Shown here: piece by piece, positions 30,218-39,642 of the stretch | How positions within the stretch are numbered: the stretch's first letter is position 1 | How the letters are laid out: each line of letters starts with the position of its first letter | IMG/VR virus record: IMGVR_UViG_3300020046_005360 | Origin: a virus | Lineage: Duplodnaviria; Caudoviricetes | Strand: one strand, 5' to 3' | Length of the DNA: 64,000 nucleotides | Notes under the pieces: model-generated | What the model saw: the letters and a program-made list of their open reading frames with translations, nothing else | Told to the model about the DNA's origin: nothing | The model's database searches: none | Translations under genes and position numbers: made by a program

Positions 30218-30622
30218 TTATAATTTTGTAATTAAAAATATAGAAATAGCTGTAGTAACTAAAGTGGTTGTAAACCAGAAAGTTTTTTTAATATTGGCTT
30301 GTTTAATTTGTTTTTTAAATAAAGACTCGTTACTTTTATATGCTTCTTTCTGAATAGAATCGTTTTTAATTATAAATTGATTATTTTCATCTAATTTTTT
30401 ATAACCAAATATTAAACTATCTTTTTCAGATAATTTATTTTCATATAAATCTATTTGAGAATAGAGGTATGTTTTTTCAGCCTCGCATTTATCTCCTTTT
30501 AATAAATCTTTATATATAAGTCTAACAGTATTAGTTGGGAACGACATTTTTGTCGTATCTACTTGTGACAGACTTGAAAAGCTTATCATAAGAATAGGTA
30601 TCAACATCATTAATTTCTTCAT
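30218..30622 (-). CDS. Secreted/membrane coiled-coil protein, possible spanin partner
   Basis: Signal peptide ending ...SLSQ, coiled coil, C-terminal hydrophobic segment; overlaps upstream gene. Confidence 0.45.
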   Translation of the reverse strand: MKKLMMLIPILMISFSSLSQVDTTKMSFPTNTVRLIYKDLLKGDKCEAEKTYLYSQIDLYENKLSEKDSLIFGYKKLDENNQFIIKNDSIQKEAYKSNESLFKKQIKQANIKKTFWFTTTLVTTAISIFLITKL

Positions 30623-30953
30623 TGAATTTTTTATTTAAGTTATACCATTTTTGAGTATTATCGTATAATTTATTATCTATAACATTAATATTACTTTCGA
30701 ATGTACTAAACTTATTTCGTATATCCAAATTTGCTTTAGATATAGAATCGTTTTGTTTTTGTACGTATTCTATTTTGTTTTTATTTTCTTCGAGTTGAGA
30801 TTTAAAATCATTTTGTTTAATTAAACCATATATAATTACGAAAAATAAAAATATAATTATAGAACCGAATATTGCTCGTTCTTTTGAGAACCAAGAAACT
30901 CCCCCGTTAGGAGGAGTTATCTGTTTTTGTATGTCGTAAGGCATATTATCCAA
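30531..30953 (-). CDS. Possible inner-membrane spanin
   Basis: N-terminal TM helix followed by coiled coil; 92-nt overlap with next gene. Confidence 0.45.
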   Translation of the reverse strand: MDNMPYDIQKQITPPNGGVSWFSKERAIFGSIIIFLFFVIIYGLIKQNDFKSQLEENKNKIEYVQKQNDSISKANLDIRNKFSTFESNINVIDNKLYDNTQKWYNLNKKFNEEINDVDTYSYDKLFKSVTSRYDKNVVPN

Positions 30954-31623
30954 TTATAGATGAAACTAGACTACGGATAGTAGGAACAGTTAATGCTTTT
31001 ACTACTTTTGGTTTAGAAATGAATTGTTTTAAAGCACTCATATCAACAGATTTTGCTCTATCTCTTGGATCAAGGGCTTCAATTTTATCTACTTTTTTAG
31101 TGATAATATTTTTAAAAGCATTTGCTTGTTCAATATTAGTATCTTGAGCACCTAATCCAGCACTAGCATTTTTAATATCACGTGCAGAAGGTTCTATTTC
31201 TAGTTCATCATCTTCTTCTGGAGTATTCCAAGCATCAATAATATCTTCTTCACCTTCATCCTCACCTTCTGGTTCAATAATTGAAGATAATTTTGCTGCA
31301 GCTCCTGTAGAAACTTCAGAATCTATATCTTGTTTAGCATCTGTACTACCACCAGGTTTTCTACCTCTAGATCCTACTTCTCTTTCACCTTTTTGTGCAG
31401 CGATAAATTTATTTAATTGATTATCATATAAATCTTCACCGTCTAAAGCATCTAATACTGAGGTATCTGCTCTGATTAGTTTTTTAAGTGGTAATCCATT
31501 AACTTCTGGATTGTCTGTTATTACTTTTTCAATAGCTGTTTTTAGGTCACCCTGAATTTTAGCCATTTCATCTAATTCTGTATTTTCTTTTAATAGGAAG
31601 TTTCTTGAGCTTGCAATATCCAT
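30946..31623 (-). CDS. Acidic hypothetical protein, possible internal head protein
   Basis: LLKE/LDE sites near N-terminus; acidic tracts. Confidence 0.55.
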   Translation of the reverse strand: MDIASSRNFLLKENTELDEMAKIQGDLKTAIEKVITDNPEVNGLPLKKLIRADTSVLDALDGEDLYDNQLNKFIAAQKGEREVGSRGRKPGGSTDAKQDIDSEVSTGAAAKLSSIIEPEGEDEGEEDIIDAWNTPEEDDELEIEPSARDIKNASAGLGAQDTNIEQANAFKNIITKKVDKIEALDPRDRAKSVDMSALKQFISKPKVVKALTVPTIRSLVSSIIG

Positions 31624-31698
31624 TTATTTGTTGTTTTTATTTGTTGTTTTAAGTATATAAATACTAAATTGTTAATTTAGTCTTGTTCGATATAAATA

Positions 31699-32319
31699 TT
31701 AAAGGTTGATTATTTCTAGCAATTGTTTAACTCTTCTTGGTTTGATATAATTAATTATAAGATCATAGTATTCTTTTTCCACAGGATGGCAATAACTAGC
31801 TGCTTTATTTCTATTATCTTCAGTAAATAAAGGTTGTAAGTTTCTTAAATCATTAATTAATATTAGAGGAGTATCTAATTTAAACCATGTTATAGGGATT
31901 TTATGATCTATTTCAATAGTATTCCAATTCATATTTTCTATAAATAAGTTTTCTATATAATCCTTTATGATTTTATATTCTTCTTTACCATGACCATTTT
32001 GGAATCTATTTTTTAAATTATGAAATAAATTTCTTATTTTATATGAAGGATTATTTATTCTATATTTAATTTGAGCTTCTTTTACTTTATCTGGGTTATC
32101 TTTGTTCCATTTTTTATTAACTTCTTTAAATCTTTCTAAATTATTACATTTCCAATTTTTATTTCTAATATGGAATGTTTCTTTATTATTATTATAATAA
32201 TTCTTATCAATCTCCTTTTTACATAGTCTACAGACATATGATTTCCCATCAGGAGAAGAAGTTTTATTAGTAAAATTAATTAATTCTTTATTTTCTTTAC
32301 ACTTATTACAATATTTCAT
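31699..32319 (-). CDS. HNH homing endonuclease
   Basis: CxxC pairs; IEIDHKIP...NLQPL. Confidence 0.75.
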   Translation of the reverse strand: MKYCNKCKENKELINFTNKTSSPDGKSYVCRLCKKEIDKNYYNNNKETFHIRNKNWKCNNLERFKEVNKKWNKDNPDKVKEAQIKYRINNPSYKIRNLFHNLKNRFQNGHGKEEYKIIKDYIENLFIENMNWNTIEIDHKIPITWFKLDTPLILINDLRNLQPLFTEDNRNKAASYCHPVEKEYYDLIINYIKPRRVKQLLEIINL

Positions 32320-32358
32320 TTATATATTAGTTATCGTTTAGTATAAATATATAAAGCT

Positions 32359-32895
32359 CTAACCCCATATAATATATTTTACAAAATCAACTCTTTCTTC
32401 AACAGTCATTCCATGTATCTCATGGTAGTTTTTAATTTTATATCGATATTTTGATATAAGACGAAGTATTTCAATATCGATATCTTTTCTATATTGGGGG
32501 TCAATAGTCCTAACAGAATTGTCTTCAATTTCTATTCCATCAGGTGAAATATAAAATATATAATCGTATTCGGAAATGAAACGTTCGAAATAGCTTTCAA
32601 ATGCATCTTTATCAATACTGTTTATAGATTGAGCTAAGTTTGTAAAAGACATAACATCAATTATACTACGATCAGTAATTAAATTATCATACAATAATTC
32701 TGAAAGTCTCTCACTCCCAAATATTGATTGTCCAATAATAGTTGAATCTGTATTAAGAGGAATACCTAAATCCCTCAAGTACTTACTTCGTTCTGTTGCA
32801 ATTTTATAGTCTTTAAATTGAGGTAATTTAGCTAAGGCATTTACTAAAGTTGTTTTGCCGCAGCTGACTGTAGAACATAGTGCTATTTTACTCAT
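32359..32895 (-). CDS. P-loop kinase (AAA_28/NadR-like)
   Basis: STVSCGKTT, ITDRSIID, YDYIFY. Confidence 0.7.
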   Translation of the reverse strand: MSKIALCSTVSCGKTTLVNALAKLPQFKDYKIATERSKYLRDLGIPLNTDSTIIGQSIFGSERLSELLYDNLITDRSIIDVMSFTNLAQSINSIDKDAFESYFERFISEYDYIFYISPDGIEIEDNSVRTIDPQYRKDIDIEILRLISKYRYKIKNYHEIHGMTVEERVDFVKYIIWG

Positions 32896-32896
32896 A

Positions 32897-33136
32897 TTAG
32901 TATGTTGGTGTATCTTTTAAACCTTGTTTACTTGGTGGTAAACCTATTCCATCTTTTTTAACTTCTAACCATGCATCTTTAGTATATTGAATACCATATA
33001 AATAATATTCATCTTTACGTTTCATTTCTTTAGGGAAGACTAGTGCTGGACCTTCACTCGAATGAAGTTTTCCGTCAAATATTGTTCTTTTAATTCCATC
33101 TGGAGATGTAATTGTTCTTGTTTTATAATCGCTCAT
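32897..33136 (-). CDS. Small protein with GKLHxxxGPA motif
   Basis: DGKLHSSEGPAL...EYYLYG. Confidence 0.6.
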   Translation of the reverse strand: MSDYKTRTITSPDGIKRTIFDGKLHSSEGPALVFPKEMKRKDEYYLYGIQYTKDAWLEVKKDGIGLPPSKQGLKDTPTY

Positions 33137-33137
33137 T

Positions 33138-34466
33138 TTATTTATTATTTAGTATTGAATTTGCGTTGTATAAGCCATGTAACGCAGAGATATAGATCCC
33201 GCGCGCTCCAGCTGCGTCACCCTGTAAGTGAATATTTGGATGTTGGGGCAATGATAAATCTTCTTTGTTTAGTAATATTTCGTTTGTTAAAAATTTAACT
33301 TCAGGGCAGTAGAAAATATAATTATCGTCTATTCCAAAAGTTTTATTTAAATCATCGATAAATTCTAATATATAATTAGCATATTTTCCAAAACCCTCTT
33401 TAAATTCTTCTAATTGGATTCTATATCCAGGAACTGGGGTACCTTGGTCTGTAAGTGATGGTTTTCTTCCTTTAGGAGAATAATAAGCTCCTTCTCCATG
33501 ATGTTGGAAAAATTCTACAAGTTTTTTACTAAATTCAAATGGGTCTTCTATACCACGAGCTTCTAATAAAATACCAAAATTAGTTAAACCATTTTCTTTA
33601 TCAGGGTCTTTATGAGCATGTCCATTAAACGACTTCATACCATAAGTTTCTTCTTCAGCAACAAAAGCAGCAAAATTATTTGTGCAAAATGAGCGAGCAC
33701 TATCTTCACCAAATTTCTTATATAATTTAAAATCATAAGCTACTTTAGATAATTCTTCAAAATATTTACCATCAGTTTCATATCTTACTCCAAATTGGGC
33801 AGGTTTAGGTACCGTAATTAGATTTTCTTTTTTAATTAAATAAGTAAGTAAATCCATACCTGACTTACCGGTTCCTATAATCAATTTGTCGGTAAATATT
33901 TCATATCTTTCATGTTTATAACCATCTTCTATATACCAAATAAAAATACCATCTTCTTTTATAGAAATAGATTTAACTTCAGCATTATAAATTTGATTAA
34001 CTCCTACCTTATCAAAATATTCAAATATATTTTTAACTTGTTGTTGACCATAATCTGTACCTAAATGGTAACAAGGAGATTGTCTTAATTCAAATGGAGA
34101 ATCTTTAATAAATTGAGGTTCTTCTACAGGCTCAGTATACATTATTTTAGAGGGGTCAGGATGATATTCAACTATATAATTATATAATTGTTTAGATAAC
34201 TCAGTTGCATATTCTTCGTCTTCACAATAATGGGGATAGAATAAGCCCCCTTGTTTAAATGATGGTATAACTTTAAAATCTGAGAAGGTACCACACCCTC
34301 CTGCTCCTGACATAACTTCTTTTGGTTTTCTATTATATATAGAATTCCCCTTTTCAATAATAGTTATACATGAAGGGTCGTATCCGTTCTTTAATAGATG
34401 TATAACACCATATTGTGTACTTACTCCAGCTCCAATAAAAACTAGTTTCTTTGTTTCTTTATTCAT
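33138..34466 (-). CDS. FAD-dependent oxidoreductase
   Basis: VFIGAG, GAGGCGTFSD, HLGTD, GVRYE, RSFCTN, PEVK, GDAAG; likely start MNKETKK at 34466. Confidence 0.85.
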   Translation of the reverse strand: MNKETKKLVFIGAGVSTQYGVIHLLKNGYDPSCITIIEKGNSIYNRKPKEVMSGAGGCGTFSDFKVIPSFKQGGLFYPHYCEDEEYATELSKQLYNYIVEYHPDPSKIMYTEPVEEPQFIKDSPFELRQSPCYHLGTDYGQQQVKNIFEYFDKVGVNQIYNAEVKSISIKEDGIFIWYIEDGYKHERYEIFTDKLIIGTGKSGMDLLTYLIKKENLITVPKPAQFGVRYETDGKYFEELSKVAYDFKLYKKFGEDSARSFCTNNFAAFVAEEETYGMKSFNGHAHKDPDKENGLTNFGILLEARGIEDPFEFSKKLVEFFQHHGEGAYYSPKGRKPSLTDQGTPVPGYRIQLEEFKEGFGKYANYILEFIDDLNKTFGIDDNYIFYCPEVKFLTNEILLNKEDLSLPQHPNIHLQGDAAGARGIYISALHGLYNANSILNNK

Positions 34467-34555
34467 ACTTATATTTCCAATTAAATCCGTTGAATTTTTT
34501 TTATTTTTCTTTATACTTATTTTTATTAAATCTCTACTTCCTATTATAGCGAGTT

Positions 34556-34738
34556 TCATTCTTTATCTTCATTCATGAATGATAATAAGTCAGGAAACCA
34601 CATTATTACATCTTTTAAGTACTGGATGTAATTACCTCGAACCAATTGATCGTATTCAAGACTACTATATCTCATTACTTCTACTATCATAGTACCTATA
34701 AGTAAATAAACTGCGGAGACTATTAAAATTACGTTCAT
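34556..34738 (-). CDS. Small membrane protein
   Basis: Hydrophobic N-terminus; CGTATATT motif upstream. Confidence 0.5.
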   Translation of the reverse strand: MNVILIVSAVYLLIGTMIVEVMRYSSLEYDQLVRGNYIQYLKDVIMWFPDLLSFMNEDKE

Positions 34739-34811
34739 TATTTAAGTTATTATATTATTTAATATACGAATATTTTTATGGGAAAACAAAGACCCTTTCG
34801 GGTCTTGTGAT

Positions 34812-37190
34812 CTAAAGTAATCCTGCGCGATGCATGAGACGTTCTCGAAGGAATTGTTCTTCAAAGTCTTCTTCATCGTCCTGATTATCAAGATGTGTAT
34901 CTATCCTATCTGAAACATATTCTAGATCTTGTAATTCTTCTGGAGTAAGTTCATCCATTCGAATAATATATTTATCAAACCATTTTTGGTCAACACCTTT
35001 ATCTTTCATAAGTTGTTTTAATGGGTTTGGATTATTTACTTTAATTTCTTTAATTTGGTTTATTGATTTAGAAATTTTATAATTATTTAAATCATCTTTA
35101 GGGATAAATATATGAACATCTTCATCATTTTTATGATAAAATATATAATCTCCTTGATCTTCACCATCGAAAATATAATCATATTTTCCATAATCCCCAT
35201 CATATTCGTATATATCATATATATTTCCTTTTTGGAGATAAAATGGTTTATTGATTTTAATTTCTTTTATATCACTTTTACCACTATTAATTTCAAGTTC
35301 AGATGAAGGGTATACTCTTCTTGGATCACTACTGAAATCTGGGTATCCACTTATTAAAGGTGTACCTGCTACAGAAGAAGTATTTCCATCTATACCTTTT
35401 TGTACTACTTTGTTATTTTCATCAACTAAAACCCAATCTTCATAACTATAGTCTTCACCTTTTAGGGGTAGGAGTACTAATTTTCTACCTTTATCTTCTA
35501 TAATATAAGGAAGAGCGTATAATAGAGTTGAATATTGTTCTTTCCCATTTACTTTTTCAGCTAAGTTTGTAATAACTTTACGTTCTTCGGGACTAAGTTG
35601 ATTCCACTCTTTGGCTGTAATAGGTTTTGGGTTAATATCTTGAACAGGCATATCTGCAGAAGTAGATAATTCTTCGTCACCAATATTTGTATCCTTACCA
35701 AATTCCCAAGGTGTAAACAGTTTTGAATAAATTTCAAATATTTGTTTTTGTTTTGGATCCTTAATATACTTAATAGCTTGAGGAGGTAAGTAATCTAGAT
35801 TTTTTAATTGTTTTTGTACATAATTTTCTGTAGCTTTGGGGCCAAAGAATTTTTCTATATATTCAAATGTAAGATTGTCGTCGAATGTTTCTAGATATTT
35901 TTGTTTAGCTTCGTCATCTAAAAATTTAACGTAAGGTAAAGGTATAGGATCCTTAGAATAATTTGTATGTCTGAAACGGAATGCTGCATATCTTTTTGCT
36001 AGTCCTTCGTTATCTTTTAAGTCCGCATAAGGGAATTTTTGACCATAATTTATGGCTAAGTTCTTTAATTCTTTATCTAATATTTTAAGAATTTCAGGTG
36101 ATAAAGATCCCGCATTAGCTTGAACATAATTTTGTTTATCTTCGTAATCTAACTCACGGAAGTCATTTGCAGATAATCTTTTACCTCGCATTGCGGCACC
36201 AGAAATCTCAGCTTTAGAAGGATCAACATATTTAAAAATATGTTCTAAATGTCCTATTTTAGGCCAAACTGGTGGAGCTGTTGTTTTAAGTTTTTCCCAA
36301 GGATGAAATTCTTTATCTCCACTATTTTTTGCATCTGTAATCCAATATTTTTTATTTCCTTCACCAACATGAATTACAAAAGCGTGATATGGATCTGTAT
36401 CGGGGAGACTTCTATCAAATACGAAATAAAACATACGGTTTGTACCTTCCATAAAACGATACCTATCATACATTGTATTAGATGGTTGAGCTATACACCA
36501 ACCATATTTTTTCCTACCACCTTCGGAAGGATTATAAGCGATACATTTATGTTGTGCATCTCCTTTATAAATTTCGATACCATCTTTATCATACACTTTA
36601 TCTGCGTCTGTAGTAGCGGTATTTTGATCACCTTCTTCCCCAACTTTAGCTTGCATAGGGAATAAAGCATCTAACATATGTTCCATCTGACCAAAATCCC
36701 AAGCACGAGGGTCTAGATATGCATCGTTAGGAATAAGACGTTTTGGGACTAATTTTTGTACTTCTTCTTTGCTATAATTTCCATCTTCGGTTCCGTTCGC
36801 TAAGGCGTATTTAAGGTTACGTCTGTTATTCATAAAACGAATTACGTAGCTCGTTACATCACCTTTATCCATACGTTCTTTTTCTACGAACATCTGGATA
36901 GCATCTTTTTTTATCTTATCCTCTTTTTCAGGTAAGGAACGCAGTAAGTTAACCATATCAGCCCAAGAATACTTATCTATATTAAGATAATTTTGACCTG
37001 TTTTTAGTTCGTCGCTAAGGGCTACTTGTTGTAGTTTAGAAGATAAACCTGATTTAATCTGATCAAAACGTTGTATTACTTGTCTTGCAAGATTATCGTC
37101 GATTTGAGGTGATGTTTTCTTCCATCTATCTATTGTAGTTTGGATAGTCTTGTCTGAGTATTCTAGTATTAATATATCTGTTAGTTTCAT
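34812..37190 (-). CDS. Large putative internal head protein with two C-terminal EIK(V/I)NxP modules
   Basis: MKLTDILILE start, YGWCIA domain, ends RLMHRAGLL. Confidence 0.65.
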   Translation of the reverse strand: MKLTDILILEYSDKTIQTTIDRWKKTSPQIDDNLARQVIQRFDQIKSGLSSKLQQVALSDELKTGQNYLNIDKYSWADMVNLLRSLPEKEDKIKKDAIQMFVEKERMDKGDVTSYVIRFMNNRRNLKYALANGTEDGNYSKEEVQKLVPKRLIPNDAYLDPRAWDFGQMEHMLDALFPMQAKVGEEGDQNTATTDADKVYDKDGIEIYKGDAQHKCIAYNPSEGGRKKYGWCIAQPSNTMYDRYRFMEGTNRMFYFVFDRSLPDTDPYHAFVIHVGEGNKKYWITDAKNSGDKEFHPWEKLKTTAPPVWPKIGHLEHIFKYVDPSKAEISGAAMRGKRLSANDFRELDYEDKQNYVQANAGSLSPEILKILDKELKNLAINYGQKFPYADLKDNEGLAKRYAAFRFRHTNYSKDPIPLPYVKFLDDEAKQKYLETFDDNLTFEYIEKFFGPKATENYVQKQLKNLDYLPPQAIKYIKDPKQKQIFEIYSKLFTPWEFGKDTNIGDEELSTSADMPVQDINPKPITAKEWNQLSPEERKVITNLAEKVNGKEQYSTLLYALPYIIEDKGRKLVLLPLKGEDYSYEDWVLVDENNKVVQKGIDGNTSSVAGTPLISGYPDFSSDPRRVYPSSELEINSGKSDIKEIKINKPFYLQKGNIYDIYEYDGDYGKYDYIFDGEDQGDYIFYHKNDEDVHIFIPKDDLNNYKISKSINQIKEIKVNNPNPLKQLMKDKGVDQKWFDKYIIRMDELTPEELQDLEYVSDRIDTHLDNQDDEEDFEEQFLRERLMHRAGLL

Positions 37191-37193
37191 TGT

Positions 37194-37466
37194 TTAATAT
37201 TTAGGATATAAACCTGTTTTAATAAAAGTTAAATTATGATCAAAATCATTTTGATCAAGATAACCAATATTAATTAAATAATTCACTGCATCTTCTGGAG
37301 TATTCTGGTCCTTAAAGTCTAATATTTCATGGGGTTCATACTCCTGGTCTTGCATACTTAATATATTATCTTCTTTCCATTCATTAAAATATGGATATAT
37401 AGGATTGTTTACTTTTATTTCAGTTATTATACCAGCTAGTTGTTGTAATCTTTTTATTTCGTTCAT
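37194..37466 (-). CDS. Single-module EIKVNNP protein
   Basis: [22 protein letters not shown] start. Confidence 0.65.
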   Translation of the reverse strand: MNEIKRLQQLAGIITEIKVNNPIYPYFNEWKEDNILSMQDQEYEPHEILDFKDQNTPEDAVNYLINIGYLDQNDFDHNLTFIKTGLYPKY

Positions 37467-37512
37467 GATAGTTTTAAATATTAATTAATCTTCTTTAGGG
37501 AGGTTATATATT

Positions 37513-39381
37513 TTAAATATTTTTTATATTAATAATATCATCTTTAGAAATGGTTAAATAATGATCATTATCATCATCATCTTCATTATTCATATTAATA
37601 TTTCGATTCCCAACAATAGCAGGTTTAGAATACGGATTTAGTTCATTGGGCGTTTTATTAACTATTATTAATTTTTCCATATTACCATTTTTTATTTTGA
37701 AACTATATACATCTCCTATCTTTAAATTTTCGAATTTAATTGATTCAGGATTGTTTACTTTTATTTCATCAATCCCTTCTTGATCATAATCATCAGCTTT
37801 TAAATCGAAAGATATATCTTTTAATGTAGAGTCAACCCATCTTTTTTGTTTTGGAGATAATTCTTCATTAATAGCGTTTTCTACGAAATCTATAAAATCA
37901 CCATCTTCAAGTTGATATACTTCGGAAAAGAAGAATTCTCGTATACGAGGATCAGAGTGTGGTGAGTCTGCAAAAATATCATTTAATGCATCAAAAATAT
38001 GTTTACCAAACTTAATATCATGCAACTCATTTGATAAGGTATCTACTTTATCTACAACTCCTTGATTAGCTTCTTTATCACCTTTAAAACCTTGTAATGA
38101 AACTAATTCATATAAACCTTTAATTATTTCATGAACTAACATTGGAAAACAAATAGCGCGAGCACGAATTGTTATACCGGATTCTTGTTGTTCGTTTAGT
38201 CTATCTAATTCATTTTTTATCCATTCAGGATTATTTAATTTTTCTCCTTGTTTTTGGATAATTTTTTGTTTATATTTTTTTGAATAACAAGGAGTATTAT
38301 CTATAGCTTTATTAAATACATTAATGGTATTTTCATAGTCTTTAGTGTATTTAGGAGTTAATAATTTTTGAATGAATTGTTTTAATTTATCTTTATTCCA
38401 ATCTTCTAATCCATTAAATCCCAAAGATCCACCCCAATGAGAAAAATCATTTGCCATATTATAAACATTATCTTCTTTATCATATATATTATCCCCATTC
38501 ATGCTTAATATATTATTCTTAAGCATTTTAAATAATATAGGATTTTGTTTTAAAAAATCAACCCAAGATTCATCAAAAAAACATTCTAATATTAATTTAG
38601 GTTGTTTTACTTTTATCTCATTAATAATAACTTTACTTGAACCCCCAGCAGCTTTATGACCTTGAGCTAATAAAGATAATAACATTGCTATAGCATTATC
38701 ATCATCATAAATCCCAAATGAATTTTTCATTATTTGGTTATATTTGTCTATAAGAGTAGGGTCGATTGCGTCAAGATAATCTTTAAATAGATAGAATGAG
38801 AAAGCACCACGTAGTGCTGCACCTTGAGTAATTCCATTTATTATACGGCGACGAGATTCAGGGGATATTTCTTCGTTTATAAAGGGAATAAATTCTTTTA
38901 ATCTAGATGTTGGATTTTTTTTAATTAGATTTAAAATCCTCTCTGAAGGTATGTCTCCTAATATATTTTGTGTTTCTTCAACAAAATGAAGTATCCATTC
39001 TTTTTCTCTACCTTTAATAGGTCTTCCTCCTTTACTTGATAATTTTATAAATGTATTTAAAATATCACCATCAGAAATAGGTTTGTTTATTTTTATTTCA
39101 TCCAATTCTGAATGAATATCGCTCATTGGAACAATTTTAGCATCCAACTTTATCCCCTCTTCTTCAACAATAGGATATAAATCTTCTATCATTTGAATAG
39201 CAAGTTGTTCTAATTGATCTTTATATGGAGCTTCTGCCTTAGAGATGTCATCCAATAATTCTTGTGATTGAATCATTGTTTGCATAAGTGTTTTATCACC
39301 AAGCATCGATTTAAGATTTTCTTGGGATTTTTTATTTAGCTTAGCTAGGGTTGAGGGCTTAAATATTTGATTATACTCCAT
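37513..39381 (-). CDS. Protein interrupted by EIK modules (3 tags)
   Basis: RRRIINGITQGAA and FPMLVHEIIKG segments separated by tagged inserts. Confidence 0.65.
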   Translation of the reverse strand: MEYNQIFKPSTLAKLNKKSQENLKSMLGDKTLMQTMIQSQELLDDISKAEAPYKDQLEQLAIQMIEDLYPIVEEEGIKLDAKIVPMSDIHSELDEIKINKPISDGDILNTFIKLSSKGGRPIKGREKEWILHFVEETQNILGDIPSERILNLIKKNPTSRLKEFIPFINEEISPESRRRIINGITQGAALRGAFSFYLFKDYLDAIDPTLIDKYNQIMKNSFGIYDDDNAIAMLLSLLAQGHKAAGGSSKVIINEIKVKQPKLILECFFDESWVDFLKQNPILFKMLKNNILSMNGDNIYDKEDNVYNMANDFSHWGGSLGFNGLEDWNKDKLKQFIQKLLTPKYTKDYENTINVFNKAIDNTPCYSKKYKQKIIQKQGEKLNNPEWIKNELDRLNEQQESGITIRARAICFPMLVHEIIKGLYELVSLQGFKGDKEANQGVVDKVDTLSNELHDIKFGKHIFDALNDIFADSPHSDPRIREFFFSEVYQLEDGDFIDFVENAINEELSPKQKRWVDSTLKDISFDLKADDYDQEGIDEIKVNNPESIKFENLKIGDVYSFKIKNGNMEKLIIVNKTPNELNPYSKPAIVGNRNINMNNEDDDDNDHYLTISKDDIINIKNI

Positions 39382-39629
39382 TATTTTAATTTTTGGAAAC
39401 GGTCTGCTATTTTTTGAGCTATATCTTGTTCGTTTTCTTTAATTACACCTTCTGCCTTAGGGCGTGTGGAAGGTGCTTCGGTTGGTGGAGTTAATGTACG
39501 TCTCTTTGGTTTACGTTCTGGAGTGTCAGTTTCTGGTTTAACGATTGTTTCACGTTCAGGTGCAACTCTTTGAGGTTGAGTACTTCTTACTACCTCTTTA
39601 ATTATTTGTTTTAATTCGCTACGTTTCAT
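39381..39629 (-). CDS. Small Pro/Thr-rich protein
   Basis: MKRSELKQIIKE leader. Confidence 0.6.
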   Translation of the reverse strand: MKRSELKQIIKEVVRSTQPQRVAPERETIVKPETDTPERKPKRRTLTPPTEAPSTRPKAEGVIKENEQDIAQKIADRFQKLK

Positions 39630-39642
39630 ATTTTATTTTAAA

